Shown here: one piece after another, positions 13,547 to 26,271 of the stretch | Layout of the letters: every line of letters starts with the position of its first letter | Position numbering within the stretch: position 1 is the first letter of the stretch | NCBI RefSeq assembly: GCF_018350175.1 | Contig: NC_058368.1 | Span: 56,298,001 to 56,362,000, forward strand | Reading direction: 5' to 3' | DNA: 64,000 bases | From: Felis catus | Lineage: Eukaryota | Notes under the pieces: generated by a model | What the model saw: only the letters and a program-made list of their open reading frames with translations | What the model was told of the DNA's origin: nothing | Database searches by the model: none | Translations under genes and position numbers: made by a program

Positions 13547-13771
13547 GGGGCGCCTGGGTGGCGTAGTCGGTTAAACGTCCGACTTCAGCCAGGTCACAAT
13601 CTCGCGGTCCGGGAGTTCGAGCCCCGCTTCGGGCTCTGGGCTGATGATGGCTCAGAGCCTGGAGCCTGTTTCTGATTCTGTGTCTCCCTCTCTCTCTGCC
13701 CCTCCCCTGTTCATGCTCTGTCTCTCTCTGTCCCAAAAATAAATAAACGTTGAAAAAAAAATTTAAAAAAA
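13547..13771 (+). mobile_element. Young SINEC_Fc-type CanSINE nested in L1 ORF1
   Basis: Perfect TSD aagaattctctctt (13533-13546, 13772-13785); CpGs retained. Confidence 0.97.
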
Positions 13772-14368
13772 AAGAATTCTCTCTTTATCTTTCTATTTTG
13801 TAAGTTTCACTATGCTACATCATAGTATTGATCTGTTTTTGTTGATTTCGAGGGGAGTTATCTGTGCCTCTTGGACTTGAATGCCCATTTCCTTCCCCAA
13901 ATTAGCAAAGTTCTCAGCTATAATTTGTTCAAATAAGCCTTCTGTCCCGTGTTCCCACTCTCCTTCTGGGATTCCTACAATACGGATACCATTTCACTTG
14001 ATGGAATCGCTGAATTCCCTCCCTAAGTCTACCTTCCTGAACTAATAGTTTTCTTTTCCTCTTCTTTTCAGTTTCATTATTTTCCATAATTTTATTTTCT
14101 ATGTCACCTATTCTCTCCTCTACTTCTTTAATCCTCGTTTTTGAATATATCCTGTCAGTGTGGCTTCTCAGGTATAAAATTTTTTATTTATTCTGACTAA
14201 TTTTTCGGTCTTTGATCTCCACAATAAGGGTTTCTCTGTTTTTTTTTTTTTAATGCTTTTTTCAAGCCCAGTTAGTAGTCTTATGACTGTTGTTCTAAAT
14301 TCTTGTTCAGATATATTATTTCCATCTGTTTTGACCAAGTTCCTGCCTGTGATTTCTTCTTGACCTTT

Positions 14369-14587
14369 TTTTTAAAATATTATTTTTAATGTTTATTTGT
14401 TTTTGAGAGAGAGCAAGACAGAGCATGAGCAGTGGAGGGGCAGAGAGAAAAAGACAGAGAACTGGAAGCGGGCTCCAAGCTATGGGTTGTCAGCACAGAG
14501 CACAACACACATCTCAAACTCACAAACTGTGGGATCATGACCTGAGCCAAAGTCAGACACTTAACTGACTGAGTCACCCAGACTTGC
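14369..14587 (-). mobile_element. CanSINE nested in L1 ORF1
   Basis: TSD cttcttgaccttt at 14356 and 14588. Confidence 0.93.
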
Positions 14588-15166
14588 CTTCTTGACCTTT
14601 CTTTTGGTGAGAATTCCTCTGTCTTGTTATTTTGCCATGGTTTCTGTCTTTTCCAGGTTTTGAAAGCTTTTTATGTTTACTTCACCTCAAAGTAATTCTA
14701 TATTAAAAATGGGTCACACTGTCCAGGGTCTGGCACTTCAGGAAGTGTGTCTGGTGTATGCAGTGTACACTCTGCTGTTGTATTTTGGCTGCTCTTTCCC
14801 ACTGATCAGTCCTCTACAGAGCTCCTTCTTGCTTGCTGTGGGGACTGTTTGGGCCTGTGATGAGGTGTGCTTTGATTTGTTTGTTAAAATAAGCCTCACA
14901 CCTACCACAGTGTCTCCCTCTAACCATGGATATCCTTTGTCAATCCTCAATCAATTTCCTGGCTGTTCCAAGTCATCTGACCTCAATACAGCTGTGTTTG
15001 AGGGTCAAGGAAAGCCCAGGGTTCTCCTACTTCTCTACCATCTTAACTCTTCCTAAATCATATCCATTTTAATCAGAATTATCTTTATAAAATAAAACTT
15101 TCATATTAAAATTTTCTTACCCAAACAGTTTGAGTTTACTCATGAAATTTAAAACCAAACAAAATA

Positions 15167-15289
15167 GGTGTGTGTGGGTGGCTCAATTGATTGAGTGTCC
15201 AATTCATGATTTGGGCTCAGGTCATGATCCCGAGGTCATGAGAGCAAGCCCCACACAGGGTTCCACACTGAGCATGGAGCCTGCTTAAG

Positions 15290-15349
<60 letters not shown>

Positions 15350-15420
15350 CCCCTCTCTCCCTCTGCTCCCCTCCCCCACTCACGTGCACTTTCTCTCTAA
15401 AAAACAAACAAAAAAAAACC

Positions 15421-15453
<33 letters not shown>
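15167..15453 (+). mobile_element. CanSINE with expanded (CT)n and trailing (CA)n
   Basis: gggtggctcaattgattgagtgtcc...gagcctgcttaagattctctct; (CA)n 15421-15453. Confidence 0.92.
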
Positions 15454-15456
<3 letters not shown>

Positions 15457-15529
15457 GTTCCCAGCCACTGTTTAAAGTCAACCAACCCATTCATCCACTT
15501 GGTCCCCTTCTGCCTAACACTGGAGATTG

Positions 15530-15625
15530 TTACTTAGTATATTTGGCTTAGTGTTAGGGAATCTGTAATTCTAAACATTATCCCATGTGATTTTGACAAT
15601 CTCACAGTTTTGGAAACAGCTGTTC
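15530..15625. mobile_element. MER5-like hAT-Charlie fragment
   Basis: gggaatctgtaattctaaacattatcccatgtgattttgac...agttttggaaacagctg. Confidence 0.45.
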
Positions 15626-17139
15626 TAAACAAGATCAGTCCTCAAAATGCTTTTTGAACTCTTTCTCTTTACTCCTCCACTTACAATATGTTTTTTATGT
15701 AAATATGCATTTTTTTTCAAAACAGCTCAAACCTAATTTATTGAAATGCTTTTAAAATAAAACCCCCACTTAAAATCAGCCTCTAACTTTTCATCTTTCC
15801 ATTATATGTTGTTTATAATTATATTTTAAAACTTATTAGTTTGTCAAATAATGGACTTATAATTTATAGATATATCATACTTCTACATAAATAATCATGT
15901 ACGTGGTAAGGGAATGTTTTCTCATCTTCATCAAGTAAGGCATATCTTCATTTTTTTACTTATTTTTCATTATAACTTTTTTGTTTTATTTTATTCTTAA
16001 TATTAGACTTAATACTCATTAACTATGTAATATGTAAAAATTTTGTTTGCCTTAATATGATTTTCTACTTTGTACCTCATATACAATGTGCAAAAAAATA
16101 TAGTAAGATACAGGAATAATAGTCAGATTTAAATTTTTGGAATTCACACTTCTTTTATTGTTTTAATCTTGCATTATGTAATTTATCACCTGGAGTAAGT
16201 GTTATCAATTTGCATTTGAGTATTTTAGGTGGATGATCTGGATAATTTCCTCATCTATTTCTCTAGAAGACCCAGGAATTTTATTGTTTCAAATGACAAA
16301 GAACAAAAAAGTCTAATAGCACTGTGAAATTAGTTCTCTTTTTTATGTTATATATTTTTTACAAAGTTAGAGTATTAACTCTAGTGGTAGTTATGCAATT
16401 GAGAATATTAACAGAATATCTAAGAAAAAAATTCTTGCACTGACATGATAGCTTACTAATAAAAGTAAATATTACTTTCTATATTCAACTACTGGTGGTT
16501 ATTAACGGAAACCATGCTCTATTAGTAAAATGAAATGATATCTTAAATACTTATATATTTATAGGCATTGAATAAAAAGTTAATTGAAGTATTACAGAAA
16601 GCAAATTCTATATAAATTAAGATAGATTTGATTATCTGTAAAACCATATTTGTTTTGTAGGCCAGATAAGAGCTAAACATTTATTGCGTGCTCTCCATGT
16701 GCCAGATACTAATCCACTAGAATCTTGTAACCAAAGCATCTGGTTTTGCTGGCTTATCAGATATGCTCTAGAGAAAAATTTGATTTTATTCATTTACTTA
16801 GGGACAGGTGCTATTTCACTGTTTCTTACTTAATTTTCATTTTACTACTAAGGATGGTATGCAGGAAGAGGTGAGGAGCAAATGCTATATATTATTTAAT
16901 ATGTATAATGTAAGTGTGTAATGAAAACTAAATCAAAATGTTAAAAATAATTAAGAATAACTATAATAGTACTAGCATCTTGAATGTATGTACTATTATA
17001 CTCTTTGGCAACTAGATATTACTTTATATTACATTTATTTATAGGTATATTCTAGCATATGCTGGGCACCCAGCTGCAAATAAGAGCCAAGATTTCCTAA
17101 CCATAAATTCCATCACCTCATACACAGCTTTCTTCTCTA

Positions 17140-17820
17140 TATTAGTGCCCAGGAAACTTGACTTAAAATTCAGTCATCTTTGTCCCATCTTTACATTCAA
17201 GTTCCCTTCTTTGACCTACTTTTGATAGGTCGCAAAATACTATGAATTATGCCCTCCTCTATATTTCTTACATCTGTGTCTTCATCTTCTTTTCCACTGC
17301 CTTATTTCAATTCAACCACGTCTCATGTGAACGACTCTGTGCTGTGTTCTATGCACCAGTCATGGATTCTTCAGCCGTTGCTCAAATATGTTTTCTTTAC
17401 TTGAGTTCTGATCATATAAATCAGTTGTGCTGTACTGTCATTAATTCAACTCACTTGTTGAATGTGGGCCAAGTGTTGGCCTTTCCTGTCTTTAAGTTCT
17501 TTTTATAGAAATATCTCTAATTCTCTGTGTTCCATTCTTATTTTTATTCACCTCGTCCTCGTTTCAAATGTTTGAAATCCTAGTCTTAACTCAAAGCTTA
17601 ATACAAATGCCTTTTCATCTGATAAAATACTTCTGGTTGCCTTTCCCAGAATAGATTGACTCATAAAATATTTGTAATCCCTCAACCACTAATTAAATTT
17701 TATGCTATACTTTTTAGTTGCTTGTCTTATGTCTCCTGCATAACTGTATGGACACTGGGGGCTAATGTTGATTCTAATTAGTCTTTGTATTTATAGCAAA
17801 GGTGAGCCATAACTTGCATA
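17140..17820 (+). mobile_element. Ancient L2 fragments
   Basis: Degenerate L2 3' region motifs (tttccactgccttatttcaa, aaatgccttttc, gtctttgtatttatagca). Confidence 0.45.
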
Positions 17821-19224
17821 AGGAAAGGCAAAAGAAAATATGGATAGTCACTGTTCTGGTACTAGTTCATAAAGCATTTTGCATCTCTAAACTCTTCTGT
17901 CTGGGCAAAGGAATTGAAATTAGAAATGTTTAATTTACTTGGTTCCAATATCTTTCTTTACCAATGCTTACTTGTTTTTTAGAAGTTGTGACTTGAGAAG
18001 AACAAAAAAAGTATCACACACGGCAGTCCTGTCTCTTTCTCCTGTTTGTTTGCAAACCATATTTTTCCATGTAAATACACAGGCTTATCGCAAAATAAAA
18101 ATAATATTTTATGTGACTAAAATGCAGTCCTGTAATTGAATCCTGTCCCCTCCTAAGATCAGTATCAGTAAGCTTTTTTATTGCCAAATCATCAAGACTT
18201 TATTATTCCTGATCCTGGATACCAATTCTTGTCTTCCATTGGTACTTTGTTTATAAGATATTTTCTGTTTTGCTGTCTGACTTTACGCTTTCTGGCTTTA
18301 GGCCAGTTTGATCATTATTTGGAATAACAAAGTTTATATGCTGAGTGGAACAAGTTGTTGTCTTCTCTAATGGAAATATAAAATCTAATCCTTAAAGTAC
18401 ACAGCAAATCATCCCCAACTGCCCTAACTTAGATATTACACTTACCCTGTTATTGTTGCACATGTTTGTAACCACTATAAAAAAAAATTGTGTAAAGCAG
18501 AACTTTTTAGAGTCAAGCCTCTATTGGTTTTCTCAAAAGGAGAAAAATCAAATGCCCTTGCTTATGAAGAACAAGATGTTATTTCAGTAGCTGTGGAGTA
18601 AAGTATTTCATAGGCCTCCATGGATTTAGAGGTAAAAAGAGTGTTTTCTAATCAGTTTTGCCTGGAAGACTCTGCTCTATTTCCCAAAAGCCCTACCTTG
18701 TAAAGTTGCTTTCTTTCTCTCACCTTCAAATGTCAATTCTCTGATGTACAGGTAGAGGTAAAAAAATAAAATAAAATTACTTGCTTAAACACAGTGTTGC
18801 TTCCCTAGAGTGCATAAGTGACCCAAGCATTATTTGACTAATCATGTTAGTATCTGAATTCTACCCAAATCATATTTTCAAATCTCAGCGTATCACATGA
18901 AATCAAAATATTTATTTTTACCCTTTAGTAATCTTTAGTTCCTAACCAGTTATTACAAGGCAACAGATGATGATTCAGGGCACTGACTAATGGGATTCAT
19001 TCTAGTTTAGTTACTTTATTATCTAGTAATTATGTTATTAATTCTAGTCTGAAGTCTACCTGAGGTCAACCATTAAGCTTCAACCATTTAGTTTATTTAG
19101 GGTCCACAATTTAAAATAAAATTTTTGTTACTGTTTTATATCATATGGCATTTTTTCCTTTGGCAATTCATATATTTGTATATAAATATTATGGATATGG
19201 CTTTTTTACAGCCTCACTCCCTTT

Positions 19225-19681
19225 TTTTTTCAATATATGAAATTTATTGTCAAATTGGTTTCCATACAACACCCAGTGCTCATCCCAAAAGGTGCCCTCC
19301 TCAATACCCATCACCCGCCCTCCCCTCCCTCCCACCCCCATCAACCCTCAGTTTGTTCTCAGTTTTTAAGAGTCTCTTATGCTTTGGCTCTCTCCCACTC
19401 TAACCTCTTTTTTTTTTTTTTCCTTCCCCTCCCCCATGGGTTTCTGTTAAGTTTCTCAGGATCCACAGAAGAGTGAAAACATATGATATCTGTCTTTCTC
19501 TGTATGGCTTATTTCACTTAGCATCACACTCTCCAGTTCCATCCACGTTGCTACAAAGGGCCATATTTCGTTCTTTCTCATTGCCATGTAGTACTCCATT
19601 GTGTATATAAACCACAATTTCTTTATCCATTCATCAGTTGATGGACATTTAGGCTCTTTCCACAATTTGACTATTGTTGAG
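19225..19681 (-). mobile_element. 5'-truncated felid L1 (3' ~460 bp)
   Basis: ORF2 tail [17 protein letters not shown], 3'UTR, T-run; perfect 16-bp TSD cagcctcactcccttt (19209-19224, 19682-19697). Confidence 0.95.
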
Positions 19682-19919
19682 CAGCCTCACTCCCTTTAAA
19701 TTGTGTTTAGGCCAATTTTCTTTCCTATCCTAAATATCAAAACACTACTAAAATTTACCCACACCTCTCAAAGCACGATGATACTCTGTTCGTTAGAATA
19801 ACTGATACCCTTACATATGATCATGGTAATAAAATCAAAATTACTAGAAATCCTTCGTATTTTGCTAGAAATATAGGATGATATCACTTGCATGGCACCA
19901 TTAAGAAAGACTGCCAGAT

Positions 19920-20154
19920 GGGGCGCCTGGGTGGCGCAGTCGGTTAAGCGTCCGACTTCAGCCAGGTCACGATCTCGTGATCTGTGAGTTCGAGCCCCGC
20001 GTCAGGCTCTGGTCTGATGGCTCGGAGCCTGGAGCCTGTTTCCGATTCTGTGTCTCCCTCTCTCTCTGCTCCTCCCCCGTTCATGCTTTGTCTCTCTCTG
20101 TCCCAAAAATAAAAAAAAATAAAAATAAAAAAAATTAAAAAACGTTGAAAAAAA
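19920..20154 (+). mobile_element. Young SINEC_Fc-type CanSINE
   Basis: Perfect 17-bp TSD aagaaagactgccagat (19903-19919, 20155-20171). Confidence 0.97.
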
Positions 20155-20169
20155 AAGAAAGACTGCCAG

Positions 20170-21644
20170 ATAAATGCCTAGTAGTGCAATTGCTGGGTCG
20201 TAGGGTAGTTCTATTTTCAGTTTTTTGAGAAACCTCCATACTGTTTTCCAGAGTGGCTGCACCAGTTTGCATTCCCACCAGCAGTGCAAAAGAGTTCCTC
20301 TTTCTCCACATCCTCACCAACATCTGTTGGTGCTTGAGTTGTTAACGTTAGCCATTCTGACAGGTGTAAGGTGGTATCTTATTGTGGTTTTGATTTGTAT
20401 TTCCCTGATGACGAGTGAAGTTGAGCATTTTTTCATGTGTCAGTTGGCCATCTGGATGTCTTCTTTGGAGAAGTATCTATTCATGTCTTTTGCCCATTTC
20501 TTCACTAGGTTATTTGTTTTTTGGGTGTTGAATTTGATAAGTTCTTTATAGATTTTGGATATTAACCCTTTATCTGCTATGTCATTTGCAAATATCTTCT
20601 CCCATTCTGTCGGTTGCCTTATAGTTTTGCTGACTGTTTCCTTTGCTGTGCAGAAGTTTTTTTTTTTTATTTTGATGAAGTCCCAGTAGTTCATTTTTGC
20701 TTTTGTTTCCCTTGCCTCCAGAGATGTATTGAGTAGAAAGTTGCTGCGGCCAAGATCAAAGAGGTTTTTGCCTGCTTTCACCTCGAGGATTTTGATGGCT
20801 TCCTGTCTTATATTTAGGTTGTTCATCCATTTTGAGTTTATTTTTGTGTATGGTGTAAGAAAGTGGTCCAGATTCATTCTTCTGCATCAGATACAGATGT
20901 GCTGTTTCGAAGGGACACATGCACTCCCATGTTATAGCAGCACTATCAACAATAGCCAAAATATGGAAAGAGCCCAAATGTTCATCGATGGATGAATGGA
21001 TAAAGAAGAAGTGGTATAGGGGCGCCTGGGTGGCTCAGTCAGTTGAGCATCCGACTTCGGCTCAGGTCATGATCTCGCAATCCGTGAGTTCGAGCCCCGC
21101 GTCAGGCTCTGTGCTGACTGCTCAGAGCCTGGAGCCTGTTTCAGATTCTGTGTCTCCCTCTCTCTCTGACCCTCCCCCGTTCATGTTCTGTCCCTCTCTG
21201 TCTCAAAAATAAATAAAACGTTAAACAAAAAAAAATTAAAAAAAAAAAAAGAAGTGGTATATATATACAATGGAGTATTACTGGGCAATCAAAAAGAATG
21301 AAATCTTGCCATTTGCAACTACATGGATGGAACTGGAGGGTATTATGCTAAGTGAAATTAGTCAGAGAAAGACAAAAATCATATGACTTCACTCATATGA
21401 GGACTTTAAGAGGCAAAACAGATGAAATAAGGGAAGGGAAACAAAAATCATATAAAAACAGGGAGGGGGACAAAACAGAAGAGACTCATAAATATGGAGA
21501 ACAAACTGAGGGTTGCTGGAGGGGTTGTGGGGGGGTGATGGGCTAAATGGGTAAGAGGCACTAAGGAATCTAGTCCTGAAATCATTGTTGCACTATATGA
21601 TAAGTAATTTGGATGTAAATTTTTAAAAAATTAAAAAAAAAATA
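20170..21644 (+). mobile_element. 5'-inverted (twin-primed) felid L1: antisense arm ~20170-20887, sense arm ~20890-21644
   Basis: ORF2 peptide on minus strand (20440-20877) then sense 3' end with A tail; TSD aagaaagactgc at 20155 and 21645. Confidence 0.92.
21019..21248 (+). mobile_element. CanSINE nested in the inverted L1
   Basis: TSD aagaagtggtata (21006-21018, 21249-21261). Confidence 0.97.
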
Positions 21645-21955
21645 AAGAAAGACTGCTGGGTAACTACTATTAAATGTCTTTACTAGTAGTTGATGAACTA
21701 CTATTCTACATAGTAGAATTCTATGAATTCTACATTCATAATGAATGAATAAACTATTCATTTAAATGAATAGAAAATTAATAAATCAAACACATAGCAA
21801 TTTAGTGTCTTAAGAAAAACCTTTTTTTTTTCAGTACAAAGGGAAAAATGGATTAGCAGTCAAATCATTTGAGATGCTATTTGACTTAATTTTGAAGGCA
21901 ATTCGAAAAACATCTCATGGTATCATCAAACGGGTTCTATTAAACTTCTGCATTT

Positions 21956-22177
21956 TTTCCTATTTTCTTTTTTTTTAATGTTAATTTTTAAGAGAGAGAA
22001 AGAGACAGAGTGTAAGCAGGGGAGGGGTAGGGACAGAGGGAGACACAGGATCCAAACCAGGCTCCAGGCTTTGAGCTGTCAGCACAGAGCTCAATGAGGG
22101 GCTATAACCCACAAACCATGAGATCATGATCTGAGCCCAAGTCAGATGCTTAACCTACTGAACCACCCAGGAGCTTC
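21956..22177 (-). mobile_element. CanSINE
   Basis: TSD taaact(t/c)ctgcattt at 21941 and 22178. Confidence 0.93.
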
Positions 22178-23500
22178 TAAACTCCTGCATTTCTTCACTC
22201 AATGTTTGGGAACTCCTTGGTATCAATAATTACAATAAAAAAAAAGAGGCTTGTTAGAGATTTATGTTTTAAAAATTACTTATTTGAGATATATTATTTT
22301 TATTTTATTTAAATAAAATGGGATATTTTCCTTGACTTAAGTCTTTAACTTTAATTTATTTAATTAGTAGCAAAGTATTCAATCTATAGTTATTAAACTC
22401 ACTGTTAAAATCAGTATTTCAAACATGACTAACAATGTTTTCTTTCAGAATGTCATAGTGTGTTGGGAGTTACAATCAAATGAATAAGTATATTAGCATC
22501 TTACAAGTGACCTTGTATGATTGTCCAAAGGGGCAAAAGAAATAAATTTTACCTATGAGTAATATTTAAGTAACATATCAGTCAAATTAGAGTGGAAAGA
22601 AAGGTAAAAAAAAATGCAGGAAAACCTGTGAAAAGGAGAAGAATATAAAAATTCTTAAGAGATGTTAGGGGGCTTTTGAATTATTTACATGGCTGAAATG
22701 CAGGGATGAGATACACATGTGAATGTACATACATAAAATAGATATATGTATATATGTATGTATGTGTATGTATATGTACATATATATATATATATTTCTT
22801 ATATTTATGTATATTTATATTTTCCAGGAGTTAAAGGGAAAAGATAAAAGATAAATAGGTAAACTTCTGTCATTGACTTTATAGCCTGTTCAAGAAAGGG
22901 TGCATTTTACCTTGTATGTAATAGTAAACTGTTTGAGAACTTTGTTCAGGAAAGCATTTTTATTAGATGAGTATTTAAGAATGATCATTTACCACAGTGT
23001 GGAAAATGACTTAGGGAAAAATGGGCTAAGAAAAGAAAGCAGGAAGATGGATGTTCCTTTGGGAGCCTAAGTGAGAAAGGTTCAGAGGATGGTGTCCTGG
23101 CTCTTAGGAGAAGTTTTAATTTTACTGTAGACAGCATAGTAACAAAATGGCAGGTAATATTCTGATATATTAAACATATTTATCTTGTTTTGTTATTGAA
23201 AACTGACACTCAATAGACACCGCTTACACATTGAACTAACGTTCCAGATAAACCCAATGATACTGTACTTTCCAATAAACTTTGAAGCAATAATTTTTAC
23301 CATGTATTAGATTCTAATAGGCAACAAATATTTATTTACTCTTCTTTAAAATTGTTTTTCTAATACTTCAACTTTGATTAAAAGTATACATTTAGAGGAT
23401 TTAAATTGCACATGAAACCTCTTCTCTGTTTTCTACCTTATTTTCCTCTATTCCAATCTCAAGTTCAGGGACATATATGTCAATTTCTGTCTTTGGGACA

Positions 23501-23820
23501 TATCTTAGTGGACTTGGGCTTCTGTTACAAAATACTGAAAACTAGCTGGAAGTCAGACTACTGGCATAGTGGAGTCATGGTGGGAAAGCTTGCTTCATGG
23601 CTTATAGATAGGTACCTTCTCACTTATCCTCACCCGGCCCAGAGAGAACTCTGGTCTTTTCATCCCCTTACATGGTCACCAATTCCATTATGGGAGATCC
23701 ACCCCCATACATCATCAAAACCCAATTACTTCCTAAGGGCTCCACCTCCAAACACCATTACACTGAGAATTAGGGCCTCAACAAATGGATGTTGGGGACA
23801 AATGCACATAGCAGTATATG
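23501..23820 (-). mobile_element. MaLR solo LTR, MLT1A-like
   Basis: tatcttagt...ttacaaaatac; cccaattacttcctaagggctccacctccaaacaccattacactgagaattagggcctcaacaaatggatgttggggac. Confidence 0.8.
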
Positions 23821-26034
23821 GAATGGTGAGTTGAAATACATGGATTTATTAAAATTATTTTTAATGTCAAATTATTATTTACTTAGCAAGGCACAAATAG
23901 GAAGACTGTATAATGGAAAATAACAATGCCTTGTTCTACTCCCCCTAATTACAGATTGCTGTTGTAACTCATCAATGTGCTGTGCATCTTTTCATATAAT
24001 TCTCAGTGTTCTTACAAATAAAATCTTTCATAAACTGGTAATTATTTTTTGTCCTCGTGCACAGTACTATGTAATGGCATATTTTAGACTGAGTTGAAAA
24101 ATATGACAGTTGAGGAACTACTCAAATAGTGTTAGCTACTCATCTTTGTATTTTTGCAATACATGATCATATCTGTGCTACATTTTTTTACTCTTCCTAA
24201 ATTATCTGATTTTTATCTGATGCTCACTTTTTCCATAGCTGCCCACTTTCCTTACTACAAAAAGGAAAGGTTGGAGAAAGTTAAACACATTTGTGCTGAA
24301 GTCACACAAATTAGTTGAAGTGTTTGTTGACAAAGGTCTGCTAGTCTCACTGACCTTCTCTCCAGGCCTCAAATATATTCAAGAGTTTTATCCTTTTTTA
24401 ATGGCTTGTTACAAAATCTTTACATAAGCCTCATGAGATTCTGAAGCTCATTTTTATTTTTTTATTTTTGTAGCTCTACTGCCTACCCCACTACCTGATC
24501 ATTCTAGATGTACATATTGGGTATAGATTTATTTGGATTTTTAATTCCTTGCATTTTCTAATGCTGTGCAGAATCTACTCAGGTACTCAGTTCTTAGATA
24601 TTGGGGTCTTATAGAAGTTTGGATTCCTGTCTACAGGAAAGTTAAACATTTAGAAAGGGACTATTAAATAATCAAAGCATTGCCTGTAGCTATTCTGTGT
24701 TCCTTTTTTCTGTCTTTGATCTGCCCGTCATTCTGTGGAGTATATTCCTCTTCTCTTAAACTGGTCTTGGCCATCTTTTTTTCTTTTATTAAAAAATTTA
24801 CCATTGATTATATCATTTTGTCATAAAGGGGTATATATGTCTTAGTAAAATCAATCAGACACCAAGTTCAACTATTTTAAGCACAGAATGGCATCAGGAT
24901 GAGTCTTAGTGTAATACCTAAAGTTGGTGAGTCTTTAAGAATGTACCTATCATTTCCTTCTCTGAAAACCTCAGAAAACTTTCCCTTGAAAAGAAGGAAA
25001 TATAAAGGCAGTTAATGAATACTTACATTAAGTCCTTCCACATAAATTCCATTTATATGCACACATGGACACACAAACGTGTGTATATATATGTATATTT
25101 AAATAAATACATGTGTATGTGAGTGGGCATTTGTATATGCACACCACAAGTACACAGTTCATGTATTCTATATCTATAGTTTCTAGGTAATAATTTATGT
25201 TACCTGGCACCTTTCGGCATGTCTAAATGTAGGCAGCTTTGGACTATTTGCTTAGAGCTATAGCGATATATTTCTAGCAAATTATTCAAATATTTTTGTT
25301 CATCCTGAAAGATGTATCTGCAGGGAAAAAACTTATCTTTTCAATTCCACACATGTTTAAGCTTCTAAACTTTGTTCTTCCCAGCAGAGATTTGCTGTCA
25401 AGAACGTAATTTGATGTTTGATCTCAACCTGTTAATGACTTACATCACACTTAAGGCACATTAGGCAAACTGAACTCAATTTATTTAAATTTGGGGACTT
25501 GTGCTTTGAATGTACATTATGGGAATGATGGTTCTGATTATTTTAAGAGTTATGTTAAACTCTGTATTGGTGCAGAGTTTACTTTTAATAAACATTCATA
25601 TTTACATCAATTTACATGGGAACAATTTGCCTTGTTACTATAAATTTACTGATAGACATTTTATTATAAAACAAAATTATTTCCTAAACATTAGAAGACA
25701 GTATTTCTCATAACTAGATTTATTTTCAACTATTTTAGGAAAATATAATAGAGTATATGTAGAATTTTTCAATTTTTTTCTATTAAATTTTATCTATATT
25801 TATATTTAAGCAAATAATTATTTAAAAAATGTATCAGCTGATAATGCAGCTCATCTGGGTGATCTTAAACAATAATGTGAAGAAGATAAACAGCACTTTT
25901 TTTGTGCTTATGATTCATTAATCTAGTATTTGGGAACTTCCTAAAGAACCTTATTAGGTTATTTATAGATTTTTAAATTTTTTTCTATTCATGAAATTAT
26001 CTCCTTTGTGGATTACAAAAAGATTGCTTGTTTT

Positions 26035-26271
26035 TTTTGTTGTTTGTTTTTGTTTTAATTTTTTCAGTGTTTATTTATTTCTGAGAGACAGAGAGAGACA
26101 GAGAGTGGGGGAGAAGCAGAAAAAGGGTGACACAGAATCCGAAGCAGGCTCTAGGCTCTGAGCTCTGAGCTGTCAGCACAGAACCCGACACAGGGCTTGA
26201 ACTCACAAAATGCGAGATCATGACCTGAGCTGAAGTCAGACACTTAATCAACACAGCCACCCAGGCACCCC
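26035..26271 (-). mobile_element. CanSINE with short internal stutter (ggctctaggctctgagctctgagc)
   Basis: TSD aaga(t/c)tgcttgtttt at 26020 and 26272. Confidence 0.95.

Larger units (their letters stand above)
8721..15050 (-). mobile_element. Near full-length decayed carnivore L1 (short 5'UTR, ORF1, ORF2; 3'UTR absent)
   Basis: Minus-strand peptides: ORF1 C-term ERILKAARGKRSLTYKG...FPDKQELEEF (13257-13530), endonuclease LNDTLDQMDLADIFRTYHP...SDHN (12143-12451), [21 protein letters not shown] (10706-10957), Cys-rich C-term [11 protein letters not shown] (9164-9445); 5' terminus gagttaagatggtagagaagtagg near 15048; many stops/frameshifts. Confidence 0.95.

Noticed and set aside
13257..13736. 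159-aa SINE/L1-ORF1 chimeric ORF as a novel fusion protein
   Set aside because: Chance in-frame read-through from an antisense SINE into decayed ORF1; the start is non-ATG and there is no evidence of expression.
23406..23834. 142-aa ORF
   Set aside because: Lies over an MLT1A-like LTR, has a non-ATG start and no recognisable domain.
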